Shown: positions 26,895 through 46,594, numbered from the stretch's first letter. The stretch: DNA of 64,000 bases from the human T2T-CHM13v2.0 reference genome, Homo sapiens (GCF_009914755.1 NC_060931.1); one strand, 5' to 3'. Made by a program: numbers and translations. The notes: a model not told the origin generated them from the letters alone.

Positions 26895-28635
26895 ACATCT
26901 CTATCTTTATCTGTCTTTAACTGTATAACATTTTCTCTTCTCTCTCCATACCCCCTCCTTCCCTTCTCTACAATGGAATTGGCCCATAATCATCTCAGAA
27001 CAGGTGAAGAGTTGAAAGCATTGCTAGAGACCACACAGGTTGTTGTTTTCTCTTCACACTCAGCATCTTACTCCTTCCCCTTATCTCCTACTTCCCATAC
27101 AACTCCTAAGTCTCTCTAGAGGTATGTCCTGGCCTGTAGCGGGAGCTCAGTGGGCACTATGGAATGACTGCTTCGTTACAACTATCACTCTCCTAATTTA
27201 TACCTCAGTAGAATGCTCGTCTCAAGTGGTTTTGAAGCCTCAAGTTGCCTTTGCTCCATTTGTTCCCTCTCAACATTCCTTGTCTGGGAATTTGTTTTTT
27301 GCGCTCTGCTCCTAGCTTCATTTCAGAGTGTATAAATGAGGCTATCCTTGAAAACAGTCATTTTCTATTTTCATATGATGTCTAAAAGGAAAGGGCTTCT
27401 CAGCCATGGTTCCTTATTCATACTGCATAACACGTTTAATTTAAGCAGCCACCACCATGGTATCCAGCAGATGCTTATTTTTAGGAAGTCATAATGTTGA
27501 ATCTTAAAACGTGAAGAGGGGACACGAGGTTCTTTGTAACAGATCTTAAAAGACAAAGGGGAGTGGAGAATGAGGACACAGAGTTTGTGTTTCAGGAGTT
27601 TACACTGACTAGATTTTAAGTTACATGGGGACCAGATAAACAAGGCATGACCAAAGGAGCATGACTGAAAAACAGCTTATAAAGCCAATATCATTGTCTT
27701 CAGGGATTTCATGAAAATATTCTTCTATTTTTTTGCGGCAAAAACAAATCTGAACTAACGCTTTGCCACCTTTAAAACATAGTCTCTGAAATATTACTCC
27801 GGGTGGAAATATTGTGTTACTATTCACTTTAGCAATGTTTTATGCAGTACAAGTGACTGTGAATAATTTTCATTTTTCTACAGTCTGGGAAATGGATTAT
27901 TCAAATCAAGTTTTAAAACTTTTAATACAAAAGGCCACAGAAGAGTATGTTAATTGGCAGCTTCATGCGTACTTACAAATTGACAAAGTTAATGAATAAT
28001 AAAATATAATGAATAAAGAGATTATTTTGGTAGTACTTGGAAACAGTGACTTGAGGTTAGGATCTACTCTAGTTGGTTCTTGAATAATATTTTCTCAAAA
28101 TAATGTGTAAGTAAAGTTATGTTAATGGACTATTTTTTATTTCTGTGTATAAAGATAAGCAAATAGTAATATTTGATCACTTGACATTTAATTTTTTCTT
28201 GGTTTTTCAGCTCAGTTTTCAACATAGTAGTGAAGCTTATTTATACATATACATATATTCCTATATATATTCTTTTTAATGAAATAAGTATTGCTCTTCT
28301 GTATAAGAAATTAAGGAAAAAGGAATATAGGCAAAGGTAAAAAGAAAATAAGATTTTAGACTAGATCAGTAAAAAATGCAGTGTTGATTGGTTTCATTTA
28401 TTTGAATGAGTGTCATGCATAACGGTTATAATTTTCAAGTTTTAAATTAGGATTGTGTAACATTATAAAGTATAAAATGGTATCTTAAAATGTCAGAAAT
28501 AATGTCTGAGACTGAAATCGGGATTTCTCAGGGGTTGCAGGTTTAAGTTTATGATTCCAGAAATAACCTAAGGGAAAATCTGTCTAGCACTTGAACTGAC
28601 ACTGATCAACACTGATATTTGAATTGCAGGATTTT

Positions 28636-28637
<2 letters not shown>

Positions 28638-28672
<35 letters not shown>
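28638..28672. repeat. (CA)n microsatellite
   Basis: Direct inspection. Confidence 0.95.
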
Positions 28673-28673
<1 letters not shown>

Positions 28674-30028
28674 CAGTGGTTCATATTTGTTTTTTTAATA
28701 GTATATGGAAACCTTTTTTTTTGGTCTTTTCACAAGAAGTCAAAACTTGTGAAATGTGTAAAGTACTCCAAGTTTAATGCATCAACGTAGCATTCCGTGG
28801 AAGAAGAACATGCCTGGTGTTCTGAGTGCGTATTTCGGAGCACTGGCCTCTTGCTGGTCCAAAGGAGTAACATGTTCTCAGGGGCTTGAGTTTCTCCCTT
28901 TGGAGGCAAAATTTAGCTCAGTCATTCCTTAGTACCTTTCACAGCTGTGGGTAATATTCATTTTCTTATCTCTCCTAGAAGTGATTTTTCCACTTGGTTG
29001 AACAAACCTTTTGTCCACCTAGAATTCAAAAAGTCTGAGGCTAATAAAAAGGCGAACCCGTCAATTTTGTTAGTGCCAACTCTTCTTTGTTATTCTCAAT
29101 TTTCCTATATTCATTGAGCTTTGGATAAATATCATGTCATCTCTTTCTAAAAAACATGGGAACTCCAAGCTGCAAGAGTGCTACCTGATGTGCCTGAGTG
29201 AATAAACAACCTGGAAATTGGAAACAGACAGCAGAGTGGGATGGGATGGGTGTGAGGAGTCACTCAGTTGGTCAGGAAAGCCAGGCAGAGGTTTTGCAAA
29301 ACAGTGTTGTGTCATGGTGGTATAATGACTGGTACTCGGTGGGTTTCAGAGGAGGTAAGAGGAATAGGAGGGAGGCGGGAGAAACAGGGAATTGATTCTG
29401 CAGGTCCCAGAGGAGGAAGGGAAGGATAATTCTGCATGGAAGAACTAGGAAAATCCATTTGCCAGGACAAAGGTGCAAATGAGGCTTTGGGCACAGAAAA
29501 AAAGTGTCTGCCAGTTTGTTGAACCCAGGGCATGGGGGCAGAGTAGGACTAGAGGCTGACATACATGAATGCTCCTCACCATGCCCGTGACAGGGTTGGT
29601 GAGCAGAGCTGGGGAGAGGGTTGAGTCTGGAGGTGCTAATCAGTGACACTCTGAATAAAGAAGAGTTGTGTGGTCAGAGAATCCAGCTGGCTCTGTTTTG
29701 TTTTCCCCACTTCCCAGTTTTCTTTACCACTACTCTTCCCCTCCCTGGTTCCCTGGTTCAGTCCCTCCTCACTTCAGAGCTCTACTTTGCTCTCCTCACT
29801 CCTTCAGTTCCCATTCCAATTCACAATGCCCTCAATTCCAGATAAAACCTAAAAACCTGCCATTTTGTATCTTGTCATTCTGCTCACCCACCCACTAATG
29901 TGGTGAATTTAAACTTTCTACAACCTGCTGCCATCTTACTTCCCCAGTCCTTAACTTCCAAGAATCCCCATTGACAGACTGATCAACTCAGATCTTCTTA
30001 TTGAAAGCTTTTCAAACATTTCCCCAGA

Positions 30029-30076
30029 AGAAATCCCTGGAAAGCCATGTATTGCAGAAATCCCTGGAAAGCCATG
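30029..30076. repeat. 27-bp-period tandem duplication
   Basis: agaaatccctggaaagccatg at 30029-30049 and 30056-30076. Confidence 0.9.
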
Positions 30077-30391
30077 CATATTCATTATATTGACCATAGA
30101 ATTTGAAACCCAATGCTTAATTTCAGAGGTGTCTTCTTCATAGCTCAATGTTCCTCCATTACTTGTGTTTTAAAAAGGGATCAAAAGTACTAAGTTGCTT
30201 TCCAGAGATTCCTTGGGAATTCATGAACATCTATCCATTCTGTGTCTTGGAGAATGATTAGAATTATACAAATCAGGACAACTTAATTAGAAAAGATATT
30301 GTTAAAGAAGCTGTCTTCCAAGAATTTGACCTCTGAAACTTGTCCTTCTCACTGGCCCACTCTCTGGCATTTGTTTCTCCTGCATCTTCAA

Positions 30392-30900
30392 GGCAATATT
30401 GCTAAGTGGTTAAGAGAGGACTGAAAATGACACATGTATACAAATGTAACAAATCTGCACGTTGTGCACATGTACCCTAAAACTTAAAGTATAATACAAA
30501 AAATAAATAAAATAAAATTCCCTTTGTGATTAAAAAAAAAAGAGAGGACTAAAATATTTGTTTGCCTACAGAGGGAGAAATTCCCTCAGTCCTTGTAGAA
30601 TTATAAGGTCCCAATGAATAATTTTTTATTAGCTACTTGAGGCAGGGGCCATATTTTCCCACAGTCTCTAGCAAAATTCTTTATGAGCATTTGAATACCA
30701 GGCCCATCACCTTTTATAGCTTTTATACCTTGCACAACTTAGCTCCTCTGTGTTTCAGTTCTTGAACAGTGAAGCAAGAGTTATAAAAATCACTACCTCA
30801 GAGGGTTGCTGTGAGAATTACACATAAGATAATTCATGTAGAGAATGAAGCACAGTGCTTGACTCACAGAAAACACTACATGTACATGAGTTAATCTGAT
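30392..30900 (+). mobile_element. MIR interrupted by a mini-L1 and a 125-bp templated insertion
   Basis: MIR head agtggttaagag; resumes at gcatttgaat...ctctgtgtttcagtt...ctacctcagagggttgctgtgagaatta. Confidence 0.7.
30423..30539 (+). mobile_element. Severely 5'-truncated L1PA 3' end with short 3' transduction
   Basis: cacatgtatac...gtgcacatgtaccctaaaacttaaagtataat plus A-rich tail; TSD aagagaggact at 30412-30422 and 30540-30550. Confidence 0.85.
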
Positions 30901-31036
30901 TATTGCCACCCATTTACTTCTTGTATCTATCCTCACATTCTTGCTTCTTCAGTACTTAAACTTTCCTTGTGGAAGAAATGGAAGTGCTCATCCATCTTTG
31001 CCTTTTGTGCAAGATATTGCTGGTCATGCTTCTTGA

Positions 31037-31363
<327 letters not shown>

Positions 31364-33679
31364 GGGGCTTGGCTTTTTTGACCCTAACCTTCTACTCCCA
31401 GTTTTCTTACCTCTCTTCTATTTATTTAACTTGCTATTGCATCCTCCTTCTCTCCAGAAAGAGTCATTCCCAAGGTTTGCTCACAGGTTCTTCTCTTTCT
31501 TCAGTATTCCCATCAGCTTTAGTAACTCCAACTATTATTTCTATCTATTCTTTCATCCACTTGCAGCCTTGACCACTTTTTTAGAGCATTATCTACCTAG
31601 AAAACATCCATGACTTTCCCTTCACAAGCATCATGTTGGATGCTAAAGGCATCTTTCCTACAAATCCACTCCACCTGAAAGAATAACAGCACTTACTTTT
31701 TACTTTTACTGTGTGCCAGACTGTTCTAACAACTCTGCTTGTATATCTATTTCAACATGAAAAAGTGGCAAAGTTGAGGTTCAAGTTCAAGCAGGCTTAC
31801 TCTATGTTTATACCTCTTGACTTGCTTATATCCGCAAAGGCTGACAGCCTTCCATTCACTGAATCTTGGGCCCTCAGTCACCTTGACTCCCCCCACCTTT
31901 AATGAATGGACAGAGCACATGGAATCTACCTGGGTTGAAAAATCTCTTTATCCAGTCTTGCTCCACCCTCCCTTCCAGACTTTTGTTCCTCTTGCCTGAA
32001 TTATTGACATAATTCCTCTCTAGTCTTCCTGTTCCTATGTTTTCTGTACATCAGTGACCTTCACACATTTCTTTTTTTCAAACAAATTTAACTTCAGAAG
32101 CCCCAAATGTAGAGCAGAGAAAGGCAGTGGGGCTCTCACTGAAACTGGGAGAAGAACCCAGATTTCCACCTGCTCTGTGTTGACTTTGTTCACTATTGAG
32201 CCAGATTCTGGATAATTTCCTTTAGACATGGCTTGGAATGCATTCTTCCCTATTCTGAAACATGAGGTCATGCAAAGCCCCATCCTTTCTTTTCCTGGTT
32301 TGTTTTTTTTCTTTCACTCCTCCAGTTCAGACTCTACACTCTAGTCTAATTGAACTAGACTACTCACTTTTCTCAAACATCTGCAGTTTCTTTCTTCCTT
32401 ATCTCTGAACTTCCACAACAATTTGTGTTTACTTAAATCTTGTCCATCCTTCTGAAGCAATAGCTCCTGCAGCAATCTTCTACCTGTCTGCCTGAACCAG
32501 CCTGGCCTCATCTGAATCCTTAGAGCACATCGTGCCTCTTTTTGGCATCCACATTCTGTTTTCTTTTAGGGGTATTATAAGCCTGTGTTCTATTTCCCCT
32601 TGATGATGACCTCTAGGGGATTACCCCCTATGTAGATATGTGTTCAGCACACAGCCTTGAACCTAGACCCACCAAACACAAACATTGGCAGATGGTGAAA
32701 AAAATTCATTCACCCAACAAATGCTTATTGAGTATTTGTTAAGCAAATTTCTTAGCCCTCCAGATACAACAAGGTCCCAGCTGTTATGGACTGATGGCAC
32801 GTATGGGTATATGTAAACAAATGTGATAAGTTGCTCCTTCCCTGAAGAAGGATGAATTTTATATAGTTTTAGAATTTTTAGAGGAAAGAGATTATCAAGT
32901 CCAACAGACCCAAGACCCTTGTTTTAATTCAAAGAGATTAACTGATTTGTTCAAAGGCAGTGGCCAAACCTGGAAGAGTCCTGAGTCCTGTTCTCTGGGC
33001 ACTTACATCACAACTCTCAAGCCACTTTTGACTGGTCTCTAAGCATAAGATCTTGTTGGTTTAGAAAAATGGGAAAAACAGAGAATATTCTTTGCAAAAT
33101 TCTTTTTATATGTACATTTATTTTCTCCGAAGAATTTTTAAATGATCAAGTCTTTTATCTTTCCCTCCTCTATTTATCTCTCCTCAAGCCCCTTTTCAAC
33201 AGTCATGTGAACAATATATGCACTTAATTATTGCTTTACTCCTCATTGCAGTTAATAAATTACCTGTGACATCTCCTAGACCTTGCAAGTTCCCAAGATT
33301 GGGGTGGTGGAGGGAATCTTCTCCCATGTTCTCTATCAGGTACATTCTAGTTTCAGCTGTCCTATGCGATTAAAGTGTACTTGAGTGAATTTTAACAAGT
33401 CAGGAAGATAGGGTTGCAGTGCTCAGGTCCCAATGAAAGGAGTTTCCCAATGAGAGAAGTTTACATCACATACAATATGATCTCATTTTTAAAAATCATA
33501 CCTATATGTAGACGTACAAATATTTTGATATTTATTGAGATGTCATGGGATACATAAATGCCATTAGGAGATCTGAACAAATTTAAATAAGTATTGACAT
33601 GTTCTGTAAAGTATTTTCAATGCAAGGAGAATTTTAGGAAAATTTAAGCAGTAAAGATATTCTTGTTGTTAATCACATT

Positions 33680-33985
33680 TTTTTTTTTTTTGAGACAGTA
33701 TCTTGCTCTGTCACCCAGGATGGAGTGCAGTGGCATGATCTCGGCTCACTGCAAGCTCCGCCTCCAAGTTCAAGCAATTCTCCTGCCTCAGCCTCCCAAG
33801 TAGCTGGGACTACAGGCGCCTGCCACCACACCCGGCTAATTTTTTTTTTTTTTTTTTTTTTTATTTTCAGTAGAGACCAGGTTTTACCATGTTAGCGAGG
33901 ATGGTCTCGATCTCCTAACTTCATGATCCGCCCGCCTCGGCCTCACAAAGTGCTGGGATTACAGGCGTGAGCCACTGCACCCAGC
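33680..33985 (-). mobile_element. AluSc/AluY-type with expanded middle A tract
   Basis: caagctcc and ggatggtctcgatctcc diagnostics; perfect 16-bp TSD tgttgttaatcacatt at 33664-33679 and 33986-34001. Confidence 0.95.
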
Positions 33986-34289
33986 TGTTGTTAATCACAT
34001 TAGTTGATATAAGGGTGAGTTGGAAGAGGGCAAGGGAAGAAAGAGTAGACCAACAATTATGCTTAATGACTCAACAGTGGAGAACATAGCAATGGGCTAT
34101 GTTCTTTAGGAGTCAGATGCTGGAGTTAAGTAGAAGGCATTTTGGGATAGATCCTAATAGCATCTCCCCTATACAGGCTTCTTTACATGACATTTGAAAA
34201 ATGTGGAATATACTGTTTGGCTACAGAGGGAGAAATTCCCTCAGTCCTTGTAAAACTGTAAGGTCCCACTGGATACTTTTTTATTAGCT

Positions 34290-34385
34290 ACTGGAGGCAG
34301 GGGCCATATTTTCCCGCAGCCTGTAGCACAATTCTTTACACATAGTAGGCACTCAATAAAGATTTGTCAAGTGTATGAATGCACA
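34290..34385 (+). mobile_element. L2 3' end
   Basis: gaggcaggggcc...acacatagtaggcactcaataaa...gaatg. Confidence 0.65.
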
Positions 34386-35551
34386 GGGTTTTCATAAAGG
34401 CATGATCCAAGGCTGTTCAGGTACTCCATTTTTATCGCCATTCAGAACTTACAGCTCCCATAGCAACAATAACTTGTACCCCTCAAGCATATGTAGTATT
34501 TAGTATTTCTGTATGTGGTGTCAACTTTCATGTCATAATATACTATATGTGTAACTGGTTAAGTTACTGTTGTTGTGGGAACCATAGGCTTTTTCCCACC
34601 TAAAATAAGCCCTTGCTAGCCATCCTTGTCTATGCAGAGGTGACAACTGTACAATCTTTCCATGCCTAACTCGTCTCTCTGACCCTAGGCCTCCTGTTTG
34701 GTCGACATATCCAATGACAGGTTTACGTGCTTTTTGAAATGACAATGCTGTGCTTAATAGTCTTTTTTGCTAGTAACGCTGTGACATTAATATTTTGAAA
34801 GCCCACTTTTAGATTTATTATTGCTTTGTTGGGGCGTACCATTTAATTACATGTACATTTTGAAAAGGGGATCAATTCAACAATCAGTCTGGTTATGAGA
34901 TGTTCCTAGGCACGATGGCACAGAACAAATATGTTGTCTTATCCTGTCTCATGCCACCAAAGATGAAATGTACTTGCTTTTTTCCCTAAAGTAGGTACTA
35001 AAACTTTTTATTTTCTGTTCATAATGAGAGATTTTTTAGAGGGAGCTTCTTGAAACCTGGAAAAAATTACCAGCCCTCATTTTAGTTCGTTTTGTAATTC
35101 ATCTTTGTGAATGGCAAGCTAAGGAAAGTGGACAGTGGACAGTCAGGGGTCAGTTAGGGTAACTCAAGTGGAGTTAAATGCTTCTCCTCTCCAGGTGCCA
35201 GCAAGCATGTTTGGGGGGACATTGGAGCACACTGTTTAAGCAGATTGGCCTTGAGCCAGCAGATTTCTGTTTGTGTTACTTGAAGCTTATAGATATACTC
35301 TTGGGAAAATCCTCAGAATATGCGTGCTTTTCTAAATGGGAAGCCTCTTACTGTTTAACACTGATTCACTTATAAGGCTTTTACTTCTAGCGATCACTTG
35401 GACTGTCTAGTGAAGCAAATACAATATTTTTACCAATGTTTATTACACAACAGCCACTAATATCAGACTGCTCTCCACTGTCTATCTTCTGCTAAATGTT
35501 CTCTTCATTTCTTCTACATCTCCACCCTCTCCATTTTCTCAACATACCCAC

Positions 35552-35552
35552 A

Positions 35553-35587
<35 letters not shown>
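35552..35587. repeat. (CA)n microsatellite
   Basis: Direct inspection. Confidence 0.95.
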
Positions 35588-35590
<3 letters not shown>

Positions 35591-36334
35591 CCCAACTTAC
35601 AATGAGATATTAATCTCTCATATGCATTCATAGCCCTGGCCTCAAGACCAATTTTTGTTTCTCCCAATGCTATAAATTGGGTCACTCAAACATATTTGTT
35701 GAAATGGAACAAAAACACTCTGACATTTTGTTTATAGAGTATCTAGAAAAGATCAGGGTCAACAGAGACTTGACTTCCCACTCCTGTCCTTTTTGTATCT
35801 TCTCTGCCCCATGCAGAGGGTCTCCTGTGCACTGTTGGTCCTTCCTTATCAATCACGTGGCCTTTCCTTTTCCTTAGATCTCCCAACACCTTGGTCCTTG
35901 GCAAGCAAAAAATGACCTGCCCAGTGTTGTTTGTTCAAATAATCTGTAACTGAATTCATACCTAGGTATTAATATGTGAGTAAACATGCAGTATTTATCG
36001 TTTAAAATGAGTTTCATGGCATTACAGTATATTATCCTTAAAGATAAATTTAATGGTGGAAATTTCATATTGGGAAGATGAGAGAGATGTTTTTGAGTGA
36101 ATAGTTCCTTACCTCTTAACCTGTGTGACCTATCAGGTTACTTTTCTACCTTGATGTTCTTGATTGTGCCTGCATAGTTGGTAAATAGTTTAAAATGACT
36201 TATGGGTATAGCAGCATTAAATTTCCATAATGAGATGAAATATACTAGAAAGATCATTCTTTGACACAGGCCATTTTGATTTTTTTTTTTGCATTGGGTT
36301 AGAGTTTATAAACAAAGAGTTGATAATAGGCGAT

Positions 36335-36620
36335 ATATTATTTAATTCATGTGATTTTTATCGAGTACTTGTTATGGGTCAGGCACCTATCCTGGGGATA
36401 GAAGATTACTAAGATAACTGTGGTCCCTGTTCTCACCTAGCTTGCATTGTAGACAAGCAAACAGATGAGAAACAAGTAAAAAATAAAAGGAGAATCTCAA
36501 TTTGTGGTATGCACCAGAAAGGAAATGAAAATTATTACTAAGCTAGTGAATTATGATTGAGGATGGGAAATCTACTTTAGATGAGGATATGTGGGAAGAC
36601 CATGTCTGAGCTCTCTCCTA
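36335..36620 (-). mobile_element. L2 fragment
   Basis: atttttatcgagtacttgttatgggtcaggcac...tggtccctgttctcac. Confidence 0.55.
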
Positions 36621-36669
36621 AAGGTTGCATGGTCAACCTGTTGACCACGGCTGGTGCTGCCATGGGAGA

Positions 36670-36996
36670 AATGGTGATAATGGTGGTGGTGATGGTGATG
36701 GTGATATGATGTTGATGGTGATGTGATGATGATATAATGGTGATGGTAATGGTGATGGTGATGTTGGTGATGGTGGTTATGTGATGGTGATAGTGATGGT
36801 GATGTAATGATGATGGTGATGGTAGTGATGTGATGATAGTCATGGTGATGTGATGATAGTCATGGTGATGTGATGATGCTGCTGATGGTGATGGGGATGA
36901 TGATGTGAATGGTGATGATGATGTTGGTGATAGTGATGATGTGGTGGTGATAGTCATGGTGATGTGATTTGTTGGTGATGTTGATGGTAATGTTGA
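36670..36996. repeat. Degenerate (GAT/GGT)n trinucleotide low-complexity tract
   Basis: About 330 bp of gatggt/gatgat units; source of the His/Thr/Ser-rich spurious ORF. Confidence 0.95.
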
Positions 36997-37341
36997 TTAT
37001 AAGCCACAATGGGGTTTAAAACTAACCTGTGGTAAAAATAACAGGGCTATGTCAAATGTAACTCCTTGACATGTTATCAAAGAAGACCTAGAAATAACAG
37101 ACAGGATGATATTAAATAAGTTGTTTAGTCTTACCTTTGGCTTTAAACAATTTACTCTTGAATGTACACTTTGTGGCAAAGGAGCAAGCAATACTTCTAG
37201 AGTTTACGCATTTTCTTTGATAGGTAATGAATTCTAGGAGAAACAAAGTGATTACTATTACTCTGCTCTTCCTTAGGCAAAATCCAGAGATTTTGAAACC
37301 AGTTTGTTAATATAAGGTTGATTTTGCCTTGAGGTTAGTGA

Positions 37342-37698
<357 letters not shown>

Positions 37699-38473
37699 TA
37701 GAGCAATAAACTGATTACTGACTTACTGCTTTGGTAATTTATTGATTTGATCAGTTTCTTCAAGTGACTACAAGTTGTTTTTCCCCTCCGGGGAATTTTT
37801 GAATTTTTTCTGATGCATATCTTCTTCCCGGCATTGCCCTTTCCTCTCTTCCTTTTCCTCCCTCTGCTGCCAAAATGTCCTCTGCATAGAAATATGAAGG
37901 TTTCCTTTATGATTTAGTATTAATGTTAGACTATGAAAAGAGCGTTTTAAAATTTGCTGAGTTGCTGTTAGTTATACTAAGACTCATTCATAATCTGTGG
38001 GACAGCACTTGTGGAAAGCCAACACAATTTAGTTATCTTCGTTTCCGAATCTGGAAGACTTTAATGACATGGAAAGAATCTCAGTTATTTAGTTAACCAG
38101 ACAAAGCAGATTGTAGTACATTTGTACTACATGCTTCTGTTTTATAAATAATACAGAAAGATGAGATGCATATCTAAATATTTATGGATGTGTACAAAAA
38201 GCCATCAAGGACATACTAAAATGTTAATCTCTTGTAGGATATTTTGAAAACATTTTCTTTTTTTTTTCCTTTTTCTAACTTCAAAATTTAAATTCTAAAG
38301 TTCAAAGGCAAAAAGACGATTTTTGAAATAAACCACAAAAATAGTAAGTTGTTTTCACCTTTGATCTAGTAATTCTACTTTTAGGAAATACTCAGCGACC
38401 TGGATAAAGAAATTATATTAGCACTCACACACAAAAAGGAAGCATCTGATGTCTTAAAAGAAGGAAGTGATTG

Positions 38474-38821
<348 letters not shown>

Positions 38822-40498
38822 TTACAATTGTTTTCAAAGAAATTGACCTGGGTATATGCTTATGATATAATGTGTAATGTTAAGTGAAAAAAAATAGCTT
38901 ATGTAGTATGGTTCTAATTATGTAAATTTTAAAAGTGTAGAAAAAAAGACCATAAAGAAATAACCAAACTTTCGGCAGTGATAATTTTTAGGTTTGGAGA
39001 ATCATGTTTTTTTTAACTTTTCAATGAATAGACATTCCGTTTAAAATGAGATATACATATAAACGTTTATATATATTTTTCAAAGAATCAGAATAAAATC
39101 TCTGATAACAATTCATCTTGATGTTTTGGTAATAATAATTGGGAAGGCCTAGAACATATTCCTTTTCACTGTGTTCACCCAGTGCCTTAAGGAAACAAAT
39201 AACAAATAAGAGCCTCCAATTTCTTGGACACTTCTTATATGCTGTTTAAACTTCACAGAAATATTTTTAAAAATCTCAAGCTTTAGGGAGTTGGATTATA
39301 AAAGTAGCCATAGCTTGGACATATTATTGTCAATATGAGTATTAGGCACATTTGATTATCAATACAGTCAACTCTACTCAGTTGGTCAGAACTGTTCAAT
39401 CAGATTGATAGACAATAGAAGATTTTCCTGTTTCCTTGCATTCTGGACATTTTGAATGAGAATTTGTTCCACTAAATTGGTGCCTCTGTTAAGCTCCAGG
39501 ACAAGCCCAGTGAATGAGCTGACTCAATTGTTTAGGCATCTTTGGACCTCTGAGTTAGAGGAAGAAAACTGTGGACTAGTAGTGCCTGTGCAGAGGAGGC
39601 CCTCAATAAATAAATGATGGGCACCTAAGGCACATTTAGTCTTGTCCGCACTTCATCCCACAGTTTAACCTGGAAAGTTGGTACTTTATATATGTATATT
39701 ATTTACATGAATGATACTTGTCTGGGACTAAAAAGTAAAATAGGAGAAGTAGTTGTATTAACAGTAATAAAAATATACTGAAAATCAGGGCTGCCAATTA
39801 TTGGTCCACCTGCTGTGCTCCGGGCCCTGCAAGAGATCCTGGCATTTGTCTTCTCGTTAATGTGATGCCGCCCTGATTTGCTATAGGACTTGCCCTTTCC
39901 TGAGGATTCTAACATGTGAAAAGACACAATGGCCAGGCTCTCAGCACATATGATGTCTAATGCCCTTCAACCCTTTCTTGTTTTTGGTCTGTGCCCTGAT
40001 GGTTTTCCATCTCATCTGTGGCAGATGAGATTCAAGGTGAGAGAAAGAACAAACCCTATAAGGTAATTCTGTCACTCACCTCATCTTCATAATCTTCCCT
40101 GAGCTTCCTCTGCTGCTCACCCTGGTATTGATCGTGTCACTGGCTATAGCAGACCAAGGCAGGGGGCTGCAAACCTTTCCTCACAACCCTCGCCAGTGCG
40201 CCTGTTTCAGCTCCAAGAAGAAAAGCCTGCTGTGAAAACAATCAGTGCATTTGCTTTAGATCTAAGTGATTCCAACTAGGTCGATGCTTCATGCTGATGT
40301 GTTGAAAACATTTAAAAAATTTCTCAGAGTTTGATTTCCACGGGAACATTGTGGCATGTGTCTCAGTGTCTACAGTTGTTATTTTTCACGAATGCAGCCG
40401 ACAACTGCTTCCTGCCACAGCACACAAAAGCAGTAGGAAAACGGAGGCTTTTGTCTGGATGGATATTTACTATAAATGCTTTCTGGGGAAAGGGAGAA

Positions 40499-40501
<3 letters not shown>

Positions 40502-40546
<45 letters not shown>

Positions 40547-40600
40547 ATGTTGTGTGTTGTGTTTGCGTGTGTGCGTGCAGGCATGTGTGCACGTGTATGT
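40502..40600. repeat. (TG)n microsatellite plus degenerate TG tail
   Basis: Direct inspection. Confidence 0.95.
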
Positions 40601-41211
40601 AGGTTGGGTTGATAGCCGCACGCTATCTTGACCTGCCGTCAAAGAGGTTTTTGTTTTAGTTTTTGTTTTTTTTCACTCCTGAAGTGAGTAAGATCCAATG
40701 TTGATAGGGTATAAATGCAAGAGAATGGACTACTGTCTGGTTTGGGTTTGAGTTTTGAGATTTCCTTTGTTTTGGCACTGACTTTCCTAGACAAATAATT
40801 CATAATAATGCCAAGAGTTGCTTTATCTTCTAAAGGATCTAACAGATCTCTGCAAGTTTATGTTTATATCCAGAAACAATTGGACCTTTTCATCATATTG
40901 TGGCATGCAGCAGTAAAATGGACATTATGAAAGGGAGCTATCCTCACACGAATTCATATGTATTTAATCTCTGACAGAGATCCAGGATAATATTTAATTG
41001 TAGAATCTAAGCTAACAAGTTTTCCACCTGAAAAGTAATCTCTCTAAAGAAAAGGAATGCTGTGCCAGCATGTATGTGGTGTATTGTGGTATTGGGGGGA
41101 CATGATAAGGGGTAAGGGGCCCAGTCTAACAGTGTTGGAGTCAGGGGCATGGACAAGCATCTTACACCTGATCACATTTTTAAGTCCCCATTCTAGTTAA
41201 TAATACAGTTG

Positions 41212-41661
<450 letters not shown>

Positions 41662-42773
41662 TCAGAGTCAGAACCTAGTTGTTTAGTGTTCTGTCTGCCA
41701 AGTCCTGTAAAAAGCATGTGTGTCATTTCAGCTGAGTTTTCTTTGCAATGTCATCATTTAAATAAAATGTTGGGGTTTTCTTCTAGGCATGAACTCTCTT
41801 GGGTTGTGTTACCCTGTTTGCTGTTTACTGTCAAGATGCTGAAAGAATGTTCTTATAATGATCCAAGAGGAAGTGGCAAATGAGTGCTCTTCTTCAGGTA
41901 TTTTGTTGATTTTTCAGAATGCCTACCAATAGGAAATTTCCACAAATTTATAATCTGTGAGTTTATTGTATAAAATCGGAGGGAAATAATTGTCATGTTT
42001 CCTTGAGTCAAATGAGTGAGATTCCCTTATGCTCTGATGTGCTGCTTCTCCAAAACGTTAGATTTATTTTATGCCAGAATTATTCCTTAATTCATAAGCT
42101 GTATCCATGGGTGGCATTACAGTTTGTTTTACTGAACACCTACATTGACTATATATCTCTTTCCTTACTGTTTACGTATTTGACCATTAGAGTTTATATT
42201 CTAAATACAAGCTGCACATAAATAATCTTTTATGGAATTTTATTTGCTATTTTTATATTTCATTTTAAAAAGGTAGATGTGGCTTTTATGGGAAAAGATA
42301 CTCTAGATTTTTGAGTATTACTTGACACTTCTATTTCAAGATATCTGCAATTAGGAGGCTTAAAGTATTTTGGGGGGAAGTTGGGTCAGTAATACCCACA
42401 GTTTCCTTATGAAGAAAGTGGGAAGAAAATTTCAGTGGAATGTATTCTGTCTTGAAGGAACAGAAAACTTGAAAGGAGACCTAGGTCACTGATGATGGGT
42501 CTAGGAACAGAATTTATCTCCAGTTTTCTAATTGCTTCTTTTAAATTAGATATGTACTTTTTTTTCTTATTATACTTTAAGATTTAGGGTACATGTGCAC
42601 AATGTGCAGGTTAGTTACATATGTATACATGTGCCATGGTGGTGCGCTGCACCCACTAACTCATCATCTAGCATTAGGTATATACCCCAATGCTATCCCT
42701 CCCCACTCCCCCAACCCCACCACAGTCCCCAGAGTGTGATATTCCCCTTCCTGTGTCCATGTGATCTCATTGT

Positions 42774-46594
<3,821 letters not shown>

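Noticed and set aside
36577-36957. His/Thr/Ser-rich 126-aa ORF
   Set aside because: Translation of a (GAT/GGT)n low-complexity repeat
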